Source: Candidatus Falkowbacteria bacterium RIFOXYA2_FULL_47_19 (GTDB lineage Bacteria > Patescibacteriota > Patescibacteriia > Patescibacteriales > UBA12075). From it: a stretch of 64,000 bases of DNA. Within the stretch, counting starts at the first letter, position 1. Each line of letters begins with the position of its first letter. Below the pieces are notes generated by a model. It saw only the letters and a list, made by a program, of their open reading frames with translations. It was not told where the DNA came from and did not search any database. Of the stretch, positions 1 to 9,785 are shown one piece after another. Position numbers and translations under genes: made by a program. The stretch covers positions 84,306-148,305 of the forward strand of contig MFGB01000005.1 of assembly GCA_001780275.1 (NCBI GenBank). Reading direction: 5' to 3'.

Positions 1-1559
1 ACCCTCTGCCAGGTAACTCTTTTCGTTCCGTCTTTGAGCTCTTCGATATTCGCGGCCTCGTTCGTTTCGAGAAAAACCGGTCCGCCCCAAAGGAACTCTA
101 TGCCCAGCATCGTATTGTGGATGAATTCCTTTACCAGGGGTTTTCCTTCGAAGTGGTGCTTCAGGCACAGGCCCACCTCGGACGCTTCGTTGACGGTAAT
201 GTGCGGCGGATGATAGAGGGAATTGAAAAGCATTTGCCGGTAATCCTCGGCCTTGCGGCTTTTGACGTACCAGACCCAAACCCGGCGACCTTCGTCCAAA
301 TACCTGTCGGCCACGAAAAGATCGTTTTTCGTCACGAAACCCTGGTCCACGAAGGTGGACAGGAAACTGAAATCGCAGAGGCTTTCCCGGATCTTAAAGA
401 TGAATTCCTGTCCGTGCCCGGTCTGCTCATTGAACTTTTCGCGTTCCGTCGCGTCCGAAAGGCTTCTGTACTTAAGGGAATACTTGTTGGTGTCGCCCAA
501 CTCTTCGATCCATTGGAACAAACGCAGGCCCAGGGCATAGGGGTTTAGACCCACGCGCGGCATAGAGGTAACGCCGGCGTTAATGCGGGCAAAATCAACT
601 TCGTGGCCCCGGATGCGGTCATCGGTCAAGAACAGTTTTTCGTGCCAGTAAGAGGCCCAACCCTCGTTCATGATCTTTGTTCGGATCTGCGGCTGGAAAA
701 AAACCGAAGTTTTCCGCACTACTTCCATAACTGCTTTCATCCAGGAATTCTTATCCTGGTTCAAAAATTGCGAATTTTTGATTACGTATTGGATCGGATC
801 GATTTTTTGCGGCTGCGTGGTTTCCTTGCAATAGCTGGTGTATTTGGCGGGTAATTCCGGCCAGACCTGGTTGACGGCGTGGAGAAACGCGTTTTCTCCG
901 TCTGTTCGGTTGTACTCCTCGATCCATTTTAAGTAGGTTTGCCGGCGCAAATTGTCGTTTTTGAAATCGGCGATTGTCTGCAGGAATATATCGAAGAAAT
1001 AGTCGATTTTACCGAGTTTTTTCGGGGTTTCGCGGGAGTCGGTCCTGGACAATTCCCCCCAGTAATCCACCAGATTGTCCATGCCGCGCGTAAACTCGAT
1101 CACGTAATCGACCCACCGTCCGTGTTCCCTTCTTAAATTAGCGATCAGGCGCTTATCGGACAGCGCCTCGCCGCAAAAATCGTAATCCCAGGTGTTGCGG
1201 AAATAATGGTTTTTGCGGAAAAAATCGATATGACCAAGGACGTGATAGAAGATCATGACGTTCAACCAGTCCGGATTATTATCGTTGTAGAACGAAATAG
1301 CCGGGCGGGTATTGATCACGGTCTCGTAAGGATTCGAGGGATAAAGTTCGTATTTGCCCCGACCCTGAAGCACTTCGATATCGTGCACCCAGTAATCGTA
1401 CAGGGTCGGGATCATGATCTTCGGGGAAAGCTCTACAAGGTCGCGGTTGGTAATAATGTATTCCAGAGTTTCGTCATTGACGTCAAGCCCGGCGTCCACG
1501 GCTCGCTTTTTGCATTCCTCCATTATTCCTTTGGTGTGCTGGTCGATTAATTTCGTCAT
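1..1559 (-). CDS. spoVR: SpoVR/YcgB family protein (3' end runs off the window)
   Basis: Not in the ORF track. Manual translation from ATG 1559 (SD GGAGG): MTKLIDQHTKGIMEECKKRA...YELYPSNPYETVINTRPAISFYNDNNPDWLNVMIFYHVLGHIDFF. SpoVR YE-VIN and HV-GH-DFF motifs; follows prkA-yeaH. Confidence 0.88.
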   Translation of the reverse strand, partial: MTKLIDQHTKGIMEECKKRAVDAGLDVNDETLEYIITNRDLVELSPKIMIPTLYDYWVHDIEVLQGRGKYELYPSNPYETVINTRPAISFYNDNNPDWLNVMIFYHVLGHIDFFRKNHYFRNTWDYDFCGEALSDKRLIANLRREHGRWVDYVIEFTRGMDNLVDYWGELSRTDSRETPKKLGKIDYFFDIFLQTIADFKNDNLRRQTYLKWIEEYNRTDGENAFLHAVNQVWPELPAKYTSYCKETTQPQKIDPIQYVIKNSQFLNQDKNSWMKAVMEVVRKTSVFFQPQIRTKIMNEGWASYWHEKLFLTDDRIRGHEVDFARINAGVTSMPRVGLNPYALGLRLFQWIEELGDTNKYSLKYRSLSDATEREKFNEQTGHGQEFIFKIRESLCDFSFLSTFVDQGFVTKNDLFVADRYLDEGRRVWVWYVKSRKAEDYRQMLFNSLYHPPHITVNEASEVGLCLKHHFEGKPLVKEFIHNTMLGIEFLWGGPVFLETNEAANIEELKDGTKRVTWQR

Positions 1560-1569
1560 GGTCGACCTC

Positions 1570-2919
1570 CTATTCGGACAGTATTGTTTTGATGCCTTCG
1601 ATCAAACGCGGTTCATCGGCGTTTTCGGGCATGGAATCAAGGCGGATCAACTTCGGATATTCTTTGAGCAGGTTGGATTTTTTAACGTATTTTTCAACTT
1701 CCGTAGATCCGTCGCCGTTTCCGTTCACCACGGTAATGCCGACCCGGTTAACGTAGCTCATCATTTTTTTGAGTTCCGGCACCGCATCCTTGCCTTCGGC
1801 GTCCCAGTCGTCTCCGTCCGTACCGTGGAAAACATAGATATTGTATTCCTGAGCCAGATTCTCTTTTTCGGCGATCTCGTTAACAAGTTTATAACCCGAG
1901 GACACTTGCGTTCCGCCGGCAACCTTCGAGTTGTAGTAAGTAAAAAAATCCGGAACTTCCTTGGCGGAGGTATCGTGCAGAATGAACCGGCATTCAGCCA
2001 TGTGCTCGTACTGGTAAAGCAGGAAGGCGTAGATCATGACATGCTGGCTCACAATAATTTGAGTTCGTTTTCCCGTCATCGAGCCGGAATAATCGCGGAC
2101 AAAGAAGATCATGGCCGGAGATTCGAAAACCTTTTCGCGGGAAAGTATCCGATAGATCATGTCTTTCGGCGACACGATCAGTTGTTCTGTATCGACGTTC
2201 TCGGGATCGATATTCCCCAACGATATGTTGGTCTCTATGATCTTCCGTAGCGAGGCCTTCTTGTCGAGAAATTGTCCGAAACCCCGGTTGCGGTCGGTCA
2301 GATCGTATTTGATGCGGGTACTCGGCCTTTTTTTCGATTTTTCCTGCAGATGCGGCAGGGAGAATTTTTCCGTAAGCACCCGGCCGAGCTCGTAAGCTGA
2401 TTGCTCGATACCGTGGTTGGTTTCTTCCCCCTGGCCCGGACCGGCGCCGCTGCCCTGTTCGCTTTGGTCTATCGGCTGCTCGCCGATGATCTCTCCTTCT
2501 TCGCCCTTGCCTTGTCCGCCAGCCCCTTCTTCCTCTTCCGAGACTTCCGGATCGTGGATGAACTTTTCCTCGGTTGTGGTCGGTACGACTATCACTCTTT
2601 GGCCGCTTCTTCCCGGTTTAACCAGGCGCCCGATCCGTATTTTTTCGGGAAAGCCGTCGTTTGTCCGCTGTTTGTCGTGCGCCAGAAGATCATCGATGGA
2701 CCGGATATTAAGGGACTTATCCGGTTCGGGCCGCATATTCAGAAAACGGCTTTGATCGTTATTCGCCGGACCGTATAACCCGGGGACCGGTTTAGGATCC
2801 GCCGCCGGCAGGCCATGATCGCCGCCAGCCTCTATTTCGGAGAGCATTCTTTTTCTCTTATCTTCGGAGCTTCTATCGGCGAAACGCCGATAGATCGGTT
2901 CAAGCTGGTTTTTATCCAT
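1570..2919 (-). CDS. yeaH: DUF444 (YeaH/YhbH) vWA-like protein
   Basis: Gly-rich GQGKGEEGEIIG/GAGPGQG segment, MIDAS-like DYSGSM, GGTQVSSGY, YNIYVFHGTDGDDW. Likely start MDKNQ with SD GAGGGG. Confidence 0.9.
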   Translation of the reverse strand: MDKNQLEPIYRRFADRSSEDKRKRMLSEIEAGGDHGLPAADPKPVPGLYGPANNDQSRFLNMRPEPDKSLNIRSIDDLLAHDKQRTNDGFPEKIRIGRLVKPGRSGQRVIVVPTTTEEKFIHDPEVSEEEEGAGGQGKGEEGEIIGEQPIDQSEQGSGAGPGQGEETNHGIEQSAYELGRVLTEKFSLPHLQEKSKKRPSTRIKYDLTDRNRGFGQFLDKKASLRKIIETNISLGNIDPENVDTEQLIVSPKDMIYRILSREKVFESPAMIFFVRDYSGSMTGKRTQIIVSQHVMIYAFLLYQYEHMAECRFILHDTSAKEVPDFFTYYNSKVAGGTQVSSGYKLVNEIAEKENLAQEYNIYVFHGTDGDDWDAEGKDAVPELKKMMSYVNRVGITVVNGNGDGSTEVEKYVKKSNLLKEYPKLIRLDSMPENADEPRLIEGIKTILSE

Positions 2920-2986
2920 AAGAATCCCCCTCAATAGATAAACGGCCGGGAAACCTAAAAGCGGCATTCCCGGCCTTGTTGACGTC

Positions 2987-5050
2987 CTAATTTTCGTCGT
3001 CCTGGGTACAGAAGTACTCGATCGTCTTCTGCGCGCAAGTACGGCAATACATTAGCTTGTTGAGCATCGTCGATATCATACGGTCGTACAATTTCTGGTT
3101 CTCTTCGTTGGTGCGGTTGGCTAGAGCACCGATCAAGCTCCCGGCGCCGGCGATATCCGATTTCAGGCGAACGTCGGTGACGGCTTTGACCAGTTCCAGG
3201 TTGTCCATGAAATCGTAGTTCGGATCGACCGAAATTTTCTGGCCGTAGATCTTACGGATCGAGGTGCGGAAGGTTTCCCGCTGCTCCTGGGTTTTTAAGC
3301 CCAGCCGTTCTTCGACCGATTTGATGAATCTTTCGTCGATCTTCATGGCGCGAAGTTCCCCGCTCTGGGGGTCCTTATACTTCCACATCTTGTCCGGACC
3401 GAGGTTTTCCGCGTCGATGCCGATGATCATATTCACATAGTTCATGACATCTTTGCGGATGGCCAGCGGTTCGTCCATATAGGCGTTGAACATCTCCGTC
3501 ATGATCCGTTCACGGTAAAGTCCCTTGGCGAGCTTGATGTCCTCCAGGAATTTTATACGGTCATTATTGTCGGAGACATAATCCAGGACAACGCGTTCGA
3601 GCGCCGTATAAACGTCGAAAGCGAAGAGGCATTTGCCCTTGGTGGTCGCGGAGCTTTCATTTAAGATCTGCATCGCCCGGCCCAGGTTGCGCTGGCCGAA
3701 GCCCTTTTGTCCGAAATGATCCATCGGGTTGGCTTTTTGGTTCAAGGTGTCTATCACTTCGGCCAGAGCCTTGACGGATTTTTCGCCGGCTACTTCGCCA
3801 GCGGCCAATTTCATCATTTCGATCGGGTCGAGCTTTTCGGTCTTTGGCAGGCGCATGAGCACGGCGGCCACGGAAGCGGCATAGACGAGATTCGGGTCTT
3901 CATGCAGGGGCTCGCCTTTGAGCGTTGCCCTTTCCCGGTCGCCGATCGAATAGCGCGTGAGGTCGTACTGGAGCTTGTAGTTGGTGTTGTGGGATACGTA
4001 GCAAATGCGGCATCGGTCGATGATCGGGGATTGCGCCTTGTCGGCCAGGAAGTTCGCGAACTCGGAATTATTCGAGGTGGCGATGATAAGGGTGTCGATC
4101 GGCCACTTATAGCCGTCGATCTCGATGCAGCGGTTCTGGATGACGCCCAGGTATACCTGGACCAGGTCAAGCTTGTTCTTGTAGATTTCGTCAGCGAAAT
4201 GGATTCCGCCGCCGGCTACGCGGGCGAGTGCCCCGCGCCGCAGGTCGAAGCGGTAAGGATTGTTCGTGTCGGTAATGTGTAAGAGGCGCTGGATCGATTC
4301 CTCGCCCAAGAGGTCAACGGCCGATGAGGTGATCTTATCTTTGGCCGGATATTTTCCGGTAACTGTGCCGAGGCTTTCGCTCAAGGGAACCGGAAAAGTG
4401 CGGACAAAATCGAGCATCTTGTCGATTTTGCCCTCAGCGTGCTCGCGGACACTATCCCAGATATAGCTGGTGCAGGCGCCCAAGGGACGGTAATTTTCGT
4501 AAAGCTTATCGATCTGTTCTTTGGAAAATCCGCTCTGGCATAGAAATTCTTGGTTTTGGGACTTGTCTTCGAAGAGGTTCATGGCCAGGATCATCGGATC
4601 CTCGTATGTCTGCGATTCGATCGTCTTGATCCGGCCGTATGATCCGAGCTCTCCGACATTCACGAACTTGAAAGAATAACGGCGATTGGCCGGCTCTGAC
4701 AGGAATTCCCGGTATTTGCGACACAAGAATTCCACGAAAAACGTTTTGCCGTTTCCCGGTTCGCCGATCAGCACAAAGGCCATCTCTTTCGAAGAGCCGT
4801 TCTCGGCCGCGTCCTTTATGAAAGACACGAGGCTGTTGATCTCGTCGTAGAGGCCGATAATGTGCTTTTTCCCGCCGCGAAAAATGCTGTAATCGAACGT
4901 GTCGGAGCCGTTCACATTGACGTCTTCCGGCATTTTCCCCAAAATCATCCGGGAAATACCCTGGAAAGCATTTTCGAAAATTCTCTTCCCGGAGATAATG
5001 GCGGCGATATGGTCATTCAAGGTGTTGGCTTCAAGCGACTTTGCGGTCAT
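2987..5050 (-). CDS. prkA: PrkA/YeaG family AAA+ serine protein kinase
   Basis: Walker A GEPGNGKT, GGGIHFADEIYK, IIATSN, IDRC; upstream of yeaH-spoVR. Confidence 0.9.
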   Translation of the reverse strand: MTAKSLEANTLNDHIAAIISGKRIFENAFQGISRMILGKMPEDVNVNGSDTFDYSIFRGGKKHIIGLYDEINSLVSFIKDAAENGSSKEMAFVLIGEPGNGKTFFVEFLCRKYREFLSEPANRRYSFKFVNVGELGSYGRIKTIESQTYEDPMILAMNLFEDKSQNQEFLCQSGFSKEQIDKLYENYRPLGACTSYIWDSVREHAEGKIDKMLDFVRTFPVPLSESLGTVTGKYPAKDKITSSAVDLLGEESIQRLLHITDTNNPYRFDLRRGALARVAGGGIHFADEIYKNKLDLVQVYLGVIQNRCIEIDGYKWPIDTLIIATSNNSEFANFLADKAQSPIIDRCRICYVSHNTNYKLQYDLTRYSIGDRERATLKGEPLHEDPNLVYAASVAAVLMRLPKTEKLDPIEMMKLAAGEVAGEKSVKALAEVIDTLNQKANPMDHFGQKGFGQRNLGRAMQILNESSATTKGKCLFAFDVYTALERVVLDYVSDNNDRIKFLEDIKLAKGLYRERIMTEMFNAYMDEPLAIRKDVMNYVNMIIGIDAENLGPDKMWKYKDPQSGELRAMKIDERFIKSVEERLGLKTQEQRETFRTSIRKIYGQKISVDPNYDFMDNLELVKAVTDVRLKSDIAGAGSLIGALANRTNEENQKLYDRMISTMLNKLMYCRTCAQKTIEYFCTQDDEN

Positions 5051-5228
5051 GGCTTTTTCTCCTTTACGGTTATACCGAAATACTTTTTTCGCGAAACCGA
5101 TCTAATTATTGGCGTATCCTCCTTTAATTGTCAAAGTTCGATTTAATGGATAAATTTTCATTCATGCCATTTGCCCGTTTTCGCTGAATATCGGATAAGC
5201 GGACACGAGCGGATGGCGCGAGAGTAAA

Positions 5229-5258
5229 AAAGCCCAACTGTTCGAGAGTCGGGCTTTT
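5229..5258 (-). terminator. Intrinsic terminator-like hairpin upstream of prkA
   Basis: Minus strand AAGCCCGACT-loop-AGTTGGGCTT followed by a T run. Confidence 0.55.
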
Positions 5259-5587
5259 CTTTATTTTATCCTGGTATTTGATCGGTTTAGCCCAACGAAA
5301 AACATTTCCTGATAAATAAGCAGGTATTAATGATCAAAGATGATTTTTTAACCTGTTGGGTCGGGGTCATTTCAAGAGGAATTAGAGTTTCATTAAGTCT
5401 TAATATTATATCTCATTGTAACAATTCGGGCATTTTTGTCAAGTTTAATAAGCAAACCTGTGCTTATTTCTAAAAAATATATATTAAAGCCAATATTAAA
5501 CAGAAACATGCCTATTGACATTTTTGTAAAAATCTGATAAACTTAATCAACGTTAACAAATAGTTTTAATAAGTTTTATATAATCGG

Positions 5588-5848
5588 ATGTTGGCATTGA
5601 CTCTCAGGAAAATTTTATTAGTAAGCGCGGGTATTCTGACCGTTGTTTTCGGCATCATAAGCCTGGTATTGCCGATATTGCCCGGGTTTGTTTTGATAAT
5701 CGTCGGTCTGATGCTTTTTGCCAAAGCGGCCGGCGGGCATTGGGAAAAAAGCACGGAGCATAAAATCCAGAATATGGTTATAATGATCAAGGCTAAACTT
5801 ATCGGTTTAAGATTGGCGGCCAGAAAGATCACTGCAATCTTTTTTTAA
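5588..5848 (+). CDS. Small membrane protein (PGPGW/DUF454-like)
   Basis: Hydrophobic hairpin with GIISLVLPILPG motif. Confidence 0.65.
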   Translation: MLALTLRKILLVSAGILTVVFGIISLVLPILPGFVLIIVGLMLFAKAAGGHWEKSTEHKIQNMVIMIKAKLIGLRLAARKITAIFF

Positions 5849-5910
5849 TTTAATGGTTATGATATCATGAAACTGCCGGATATAAGGGGGCAGTTTTTAT
5901 TATTTATATT

Positions 5911-5994
5911 ATTACAAATTCACAAATCAAAGCACAAATAACACAAATAATATCGGGAAATCTAAATTTGTGATGAAATTTGTGAATTTGTGAT
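5911..5994. repeat. Inverted short-repeat array (ACAAAT x4 ... ATTTGT x3), copy 1
   Basis: Visible directly; shares its first ~19 nt with the copy at 9069-9150. Confidence 0.85.
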
Positions 5995-6003
5995 CATGAA
6001 GCA

Positions 6004-7299
6004 ATGACGAACAATATCAATCAGGAAAAAAACGGTTTTTACGGCTTGGGTATAGCGCCTAAATTTTTTGAAATTCTCGACGAATTGAATTTTACCGTGC
6101 CGACGCCGATCCAGGTAAAGTCCATACCGGTGGCGATCGAAGGGAAAGATCTGGTCGGGATCGCCCAGACCGGCACGGGGAAGACCCTGGCCTTCGGCGT
6201 GCCGATGCTACAGCGTCTGGCGCAGAACGGGGGCAGGGGACTCGTTATAATACCGACGCGCGAACTGGCTCTCCAGGTAAACGAGCACTTGACCATGATC
6301 GGGCGCAAGCTCGGTCTTCGGACGGCGGTTTTAATCGGCGGAGAAACTATTAATAAGCAATTCGCCGCCCTGCGCCGAAAACCGCATATAATAGTGGCCA
6401 CGCCCGGACGCCTGATCGACCACCTGGGACGTAAAACCGTTGACCTTAGCGCCGTAAAAATTTTGGTCCTGGACGAAGCTGATATGATGTTCGACATGGG
6501 ATTCGCGCCGCAGATCAGGGAAATTTTAAAAGCCGTGCCAAAGAAAAGACAGACGATGCTTTTTTCCGCGACCATGCCGCCGGAGATCATGAATATCGCC
6601 GCCCGCGAGATGGCCCTGCCGGTCAGGATCGAAGTCGCGCCGGCCGGTACTGCGGCCGCCGGCGTCACTCAGGAGATGATAATAGTGAACGTCGAGGATA
6701 AATTCGCCCAGGTGGAAAAAATATTAGTTAAGCATACCGGGCCGGTCCTGGTTTTCACGCGCACCAAGCACGGCGCCAAGAATCTCTGCCGCAAACTCCG
6801 GCAGATCGGCCACAAATCAGCGGAGATCCATTCTAACCGCTCCCTGGCCCAGCGCCGGGAAGCCTTGGACGGATTCAAGATCGGGAAGTTCCGGATCCTG
6901 GTCGCGACCGATATCGCCGCCCGCGGCATTGACGTTTCCGGCATCGAGCTTGTGCTTAATTATGACCTGCCCGAGCAAGCCGAGGATTATGTCCACCGCA
7001 TCGGCCGCACGGCCCGCGCCGGCCGGACCGGCGTCGCGATCTCCTTGGCTCTGCCCGCTCAGCTCGCCGCCATCAAAAAGATCGAAAAAACCATCAATAA
7101 AACCATACCCCAAACCCGCTTAGCCGCCTTTCCCGATAACGGCATTAGCTCTATATTTAACAGGAACCGCCTGAAGTTCAGTCATCACCGCCAGACCAGG
7201 GAAGCCGGCCAGAGCCGCGCCAACCAGCCGAAATTCAACCGGAATATCGCCCGCCGCCGTCGGTCTTTCAGTACCGGTAGCGTTCGACCGAAGCGTTAA
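6004..7299 (+). CDS. DEAD-box RNA helicase (RhlE-like)
   Basis: Q motif PTPIQ, AQTGTGKT, PTREL, TPGR, DEAD, SAT, ARGID, HRIGRTAR. Confidence 0.97.
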   Translation: MTNNINQEKNGFYGLGIAPKFFEILDELNFTVPTPIQVKSIPVAIEGKDLVGIAQTGTGKTLAFGVPMLQRLAQNGGRGLVIIPTRELALQVNEHLTMIGRKLGLRTAVLIGGETINKQFAALRRKPHIIVATPGRLIDHLGRKTVDLSAVKILVLDEADMMFDMGFAPQIREILKAVPKKRQTMLFSATMPPEIMNIAAREMALPVRIEVAPAGTAAAGVTQEMIIVNVEDKFAQVEKILVKHTGPVLVFTRTKHGAKNLCRKLRQIGHKSAEIHSNRSLAQRREALDGFKIGKFRILVATDIAARGIDVSGIELVLNYDLPEQAEDYVHRIGRTARAGRTGVAISLALPAQLAAIKKIEKTINKTIPQTRLAAFPDNGISSIFNRNRLKFSHHRQTREAGQSRANQPKFNRNIARRRRSFSTGSVRPKR

Positions 7300-7322
7300 G
7301 TTTAAACATTGGAATTGTATAG

Positions 7323-7347
7323 AAAATCGGTGTAAAACCGATTTTTT
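7323..7347 (+). terminator. Intrinsic terminator
   Basis: AAAATCGGT-GTAAA-ACCGATTTTTT after the helicase stop. Confidence 0.7.
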
Positions 7348-7433
7348 GTTACTCTTGACAAAAACTTGACGTCGTGCTATTATCCCTTATCAAGGGATTT
7401 TTTTGAACATTACATATCAAGGGAGGAAAAAGA

Positions 7434-7832
7434 ATGGAAAATGAATCCACAACAACCTGTGATCGCGAATGGGTGCTGGAGAAAGCGCTCGCCGCGAAAG
7501 TCGAACTCGCGAAGGCGAGAGAGCTGCTGATACCCAGTTGCATGGAAATAATTAAATCATGGTCTTTTTGGAAAAGGTTAGAATGGCTCTGCTTTCCTTG
7601 CACGGAAAAAATGGTGGAAAACCGCCGCTTTCCTTGCACGGAAAAAATGGTGAAAAACTTCGGCTTTTACATGTGGCCGGAATATGCGTTGTGGCTGCGT
7701 GAGTCCCATTTGGCCGAATTGATATATCTGGCCGAAAATGCTTGTGACGGCACGGTGGCCGTTACCGGAGCGGGCATGCATGCCTTGAAGTTCAACGCGG
7801 ATTCGTTCATTAAACATAGATTTGCTGATTGA
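7434..7832 (+). CDS. Orphan hypothetical protein with a 12-aa internal duplication
   Basis: Own TTGAC/TATTAT promoter, SD GGAGG and terminator (~7851-7878); FPCTEKMV occurs twice at a 36-nt period. Confidence 0.7.
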   Translation: MENESTTTCDREWVLEKALAAKVELAKARELLIPSCMEIIKSWSFWKRLEWLCFPCTEKMVENRRFPCTEKMVKNFGFYMWPEYALWLRESHLAELIYLAENACDGTVAVTGAGMHALKFNADSFIKHRFAD

Positions 7833-7965
7833 ACAACTTCTAAAAAACAAACGGGAGAACAAAGCTCCCGTTTTTTTTATTATGTTGCTCTTGTGGCAAA
7901 CCCCCGTAAAATTCAGGCGGGATAGACAAGTTTTTGTTATTATGCTATCATAAGATAAGTAAAAT

Positions 7966-8037
7966 GGCCCGTTCGTCTAATGGTCAGGACGTAAGGTTCT
8001 CATCCTTAAAACAGGGGTTCGATTCCCCTACGGGCTA
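7966..8037 (+). tRNA. tRNA-Glu (CTC)
   Basis: Cloverleaf GGCCCGT...ACGGGCT-A, anticodon loop TT-CTC-AT, GGTTCGATTCC T-arm; CCA not encoded. Confidence 0.95.
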
Positions 8038-8090
8038 CGAAAATAAAAAGCTCCGCATCAGCGGAGTTTTTGTGTTTGTAATTCGTATTT

Positions 8091-9032
8091 TTATTCGGCT
8101 AATAAATTTTTATATCCGTTAATGAATTCCTCTCCGCTCATGATCTTTTTTCCCTCCGGCTGGATTTTTTTAATAATCAAAGCATTTTGTCCGCATTGCA
8201 TGGCTAATTTATTTTCAAAAACAAAAAACTTCCCCGGTTCATATTCATTGATTCTTATCGGCACATGGTTTGTTTCTATGATTTTAATAATTTTGCCATC
8301 GCCATGTTTCATGTTTCGTGTTTCATGATAAAATGACGTCGGCCACGGCGACATCGCCCTTACGAACCGCTCGATCTCTTCCGCGGACTTTTTAAAATCT
8401 ATCAGTCCGTCTTCCTTTTTAAGCTGGCGGGCGTAAGAAGCTAAGGTTTCGTCCTGAGATTGCGGCGATATTTTTCCGGCGATATGATCTTTAAGGGTCG
8501 GCAGTAAAAGTTCCGCCCCTAAAAGCGAGAGCTTGTCAAAAAGCGTTCCGGCGGTGTCGGTATTTTCTATGGGGATCGATCTTTGCGCCAGGATCGGGCC
8601 GGTATCGAGCCCTTTATCCATTTTCATGATCGTTATTCCCGTCTCTTTGTCGCCAGCCATGATCGCCGCCTGGATACAGGACGCGCCGCGGTATTTAGGA
8701 AGAAGCGAGCCGTGGATATTCAAACAACCGTATTTGGGCGTGCTTAATATGTTTTCGGGCAGAATTTGGGCGTAAGCGGCAACTACGATCAAATCAATAT
8801 TAGCTATCGGATGTCGGGATATTTTTTCCGGTTGGTATATCGGTATTTTATATTTTTGAGCTTCGAGTTTTATCGGTGGGGGAGTGAGGATCTGTTTGCG
8901 GCCGGTTTTTTTGTCCGGCTGAGTAATAACCGCGACCACGTCAAACACTTCGTCTTTAATTAAGGCGCGCAGTGCCGGTATGCCGAAATCCGGGGTACCG
9001 ATGAATATAGTTTTTATTTTTTTTACAGACAT
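8091..9032 (-). CDS. fmt: Methionyl-tRNA formyltransferase
   Basis: FIGTPDF, VITQPD, NIHGSLLPKYRGA, DKGLDTG. Alternative start at 9047. Confidence 0.97.
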   Translation of the reverse strand: MSVKKIKTIFIGTPDFGIPALRALIKDEVFDVVAVITQPDKKTGRKQILTPPPIKLEAQKYKIPIYQPEKISRHPIANIDLIVVAAYAQILPENILSTPKYGCLNIHGSLLPKYRGASCIQAAIMAGDKETGITIMKMDKGLDTGPILAQRSIPIENTDTAGTLFDKLSLLGAELLLPTLKDHIAGKISPQSQDETLASYARQLKKEDGLIDFKKSAEEIERFVRAMSPWPTSFYHETRNMKHGDGKIIKIIETNHVPIRINEYEPGKFFVFENKLAMQCGQNALIIKKIQPEGKKIMSGEEFINGYKNLLAE

Positions 9033-9068
9033 GATATGATTAAACATAGCTTATCAGCAATAACCAAT

Positions 9069-9150
9069 ATTACAAATTCACAAATCGCGACACAAATGCA
9101 CAAATTTAAAATTATTTGTGAATTTGTGATTAAATTTGTATATTTGTAAT
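9069..9150. repeat. Inverted short-repeat array (ACAAAT x4 ... ATTTGT x4), copy 2
   Basis: Visible directly; ends 8 nt before the dedA ATG. Confidence 0.85.
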
Positions 9151-9158
9151 CAAACAGT

Positions 9159-9785
9159 ATGCACGAATTAATTGATTTACTCCTCGCTTTCAGCTCAAAC
9201 CTGGGCTATACCGGCATTATTTTGCTTATGGCGGTCGAAAGCTCGTTCATTCCCTTTCCGTCCGAGATCGTGGTGCCGCCGGCCGCGTACCTGGCTTCTC
9301 AGGGGGAGATGGATATTTTCCTGGTAATCCTCTCCGGTATTTCCGGCAGCCTGATCGGCGCGACCCTTAATTATTTCCTGGCCATGTGGCTGGGGCGCAA
9401 AGTAATTTATTCTTTGTCGCGCACCCGGATCGCCCGGATGCTACTTATCAATGAGGCGCAAATAAAAAAATCCGAAGACCTGTTTTTGAAATTCGGCAAT
9501 CTTTCCACTTTCTGGGGCCGGCTCATACCGGCGGTCAGGCAGCTTATATCCTTGCCGGCCGGATTCTCCAAAATGCCTTTTAAAAACTTTATTTTTTTCA
9601 CATTTCTGGGCTCCGGACTCTGGACGGTTATTTTAGCCGTTCTCGGTTATGTTTTTGGCGCCAACCAGGAAGCTTTAAGGCAATACTACAAAGAAATCAG
9701 CGTTATTTTCGGGGCGATAGCGATAGGGGTAATAATTTTGATGGTCATGAAAAAAAATAAAAACAAGGCGCTGCCCCCAAGTTAA
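9159..9785 (+). CDS. dedA: DedA family membrane protein
   Basis: ESSFIPFPSEIV, GRLIPAVRQLISLPAG. Confidence 0.93.
   Translation: MHELIDLLLAFSSNLGYTGIILLMAVESSFIPFPSEIVVPPAAYLASQGEMDIFLVILSGISGSLIGATLNYFLAMWLGRKVIYSLSRTRIARMLLINEAQIKKSEDLFLKFGNLSTFWGRLIPAVRQLISLPAGFSKMPFKNFIFFTFLGSGLWTVILAVLGYVFGANQEALRQYYKEISVIFGAIAIGVIILMVMKKNKNKALPPS

Noticed and set aside
117..2250. Long + strand ORFs over spoVR/yeaH (e.g. 1414-2250), and similar antisense ORFs at 52785-54158, 20765-22471 and 59432-60142
   Set aside because: Antisense shadows of well-supported minus-strand genes; no motifs or start signals.
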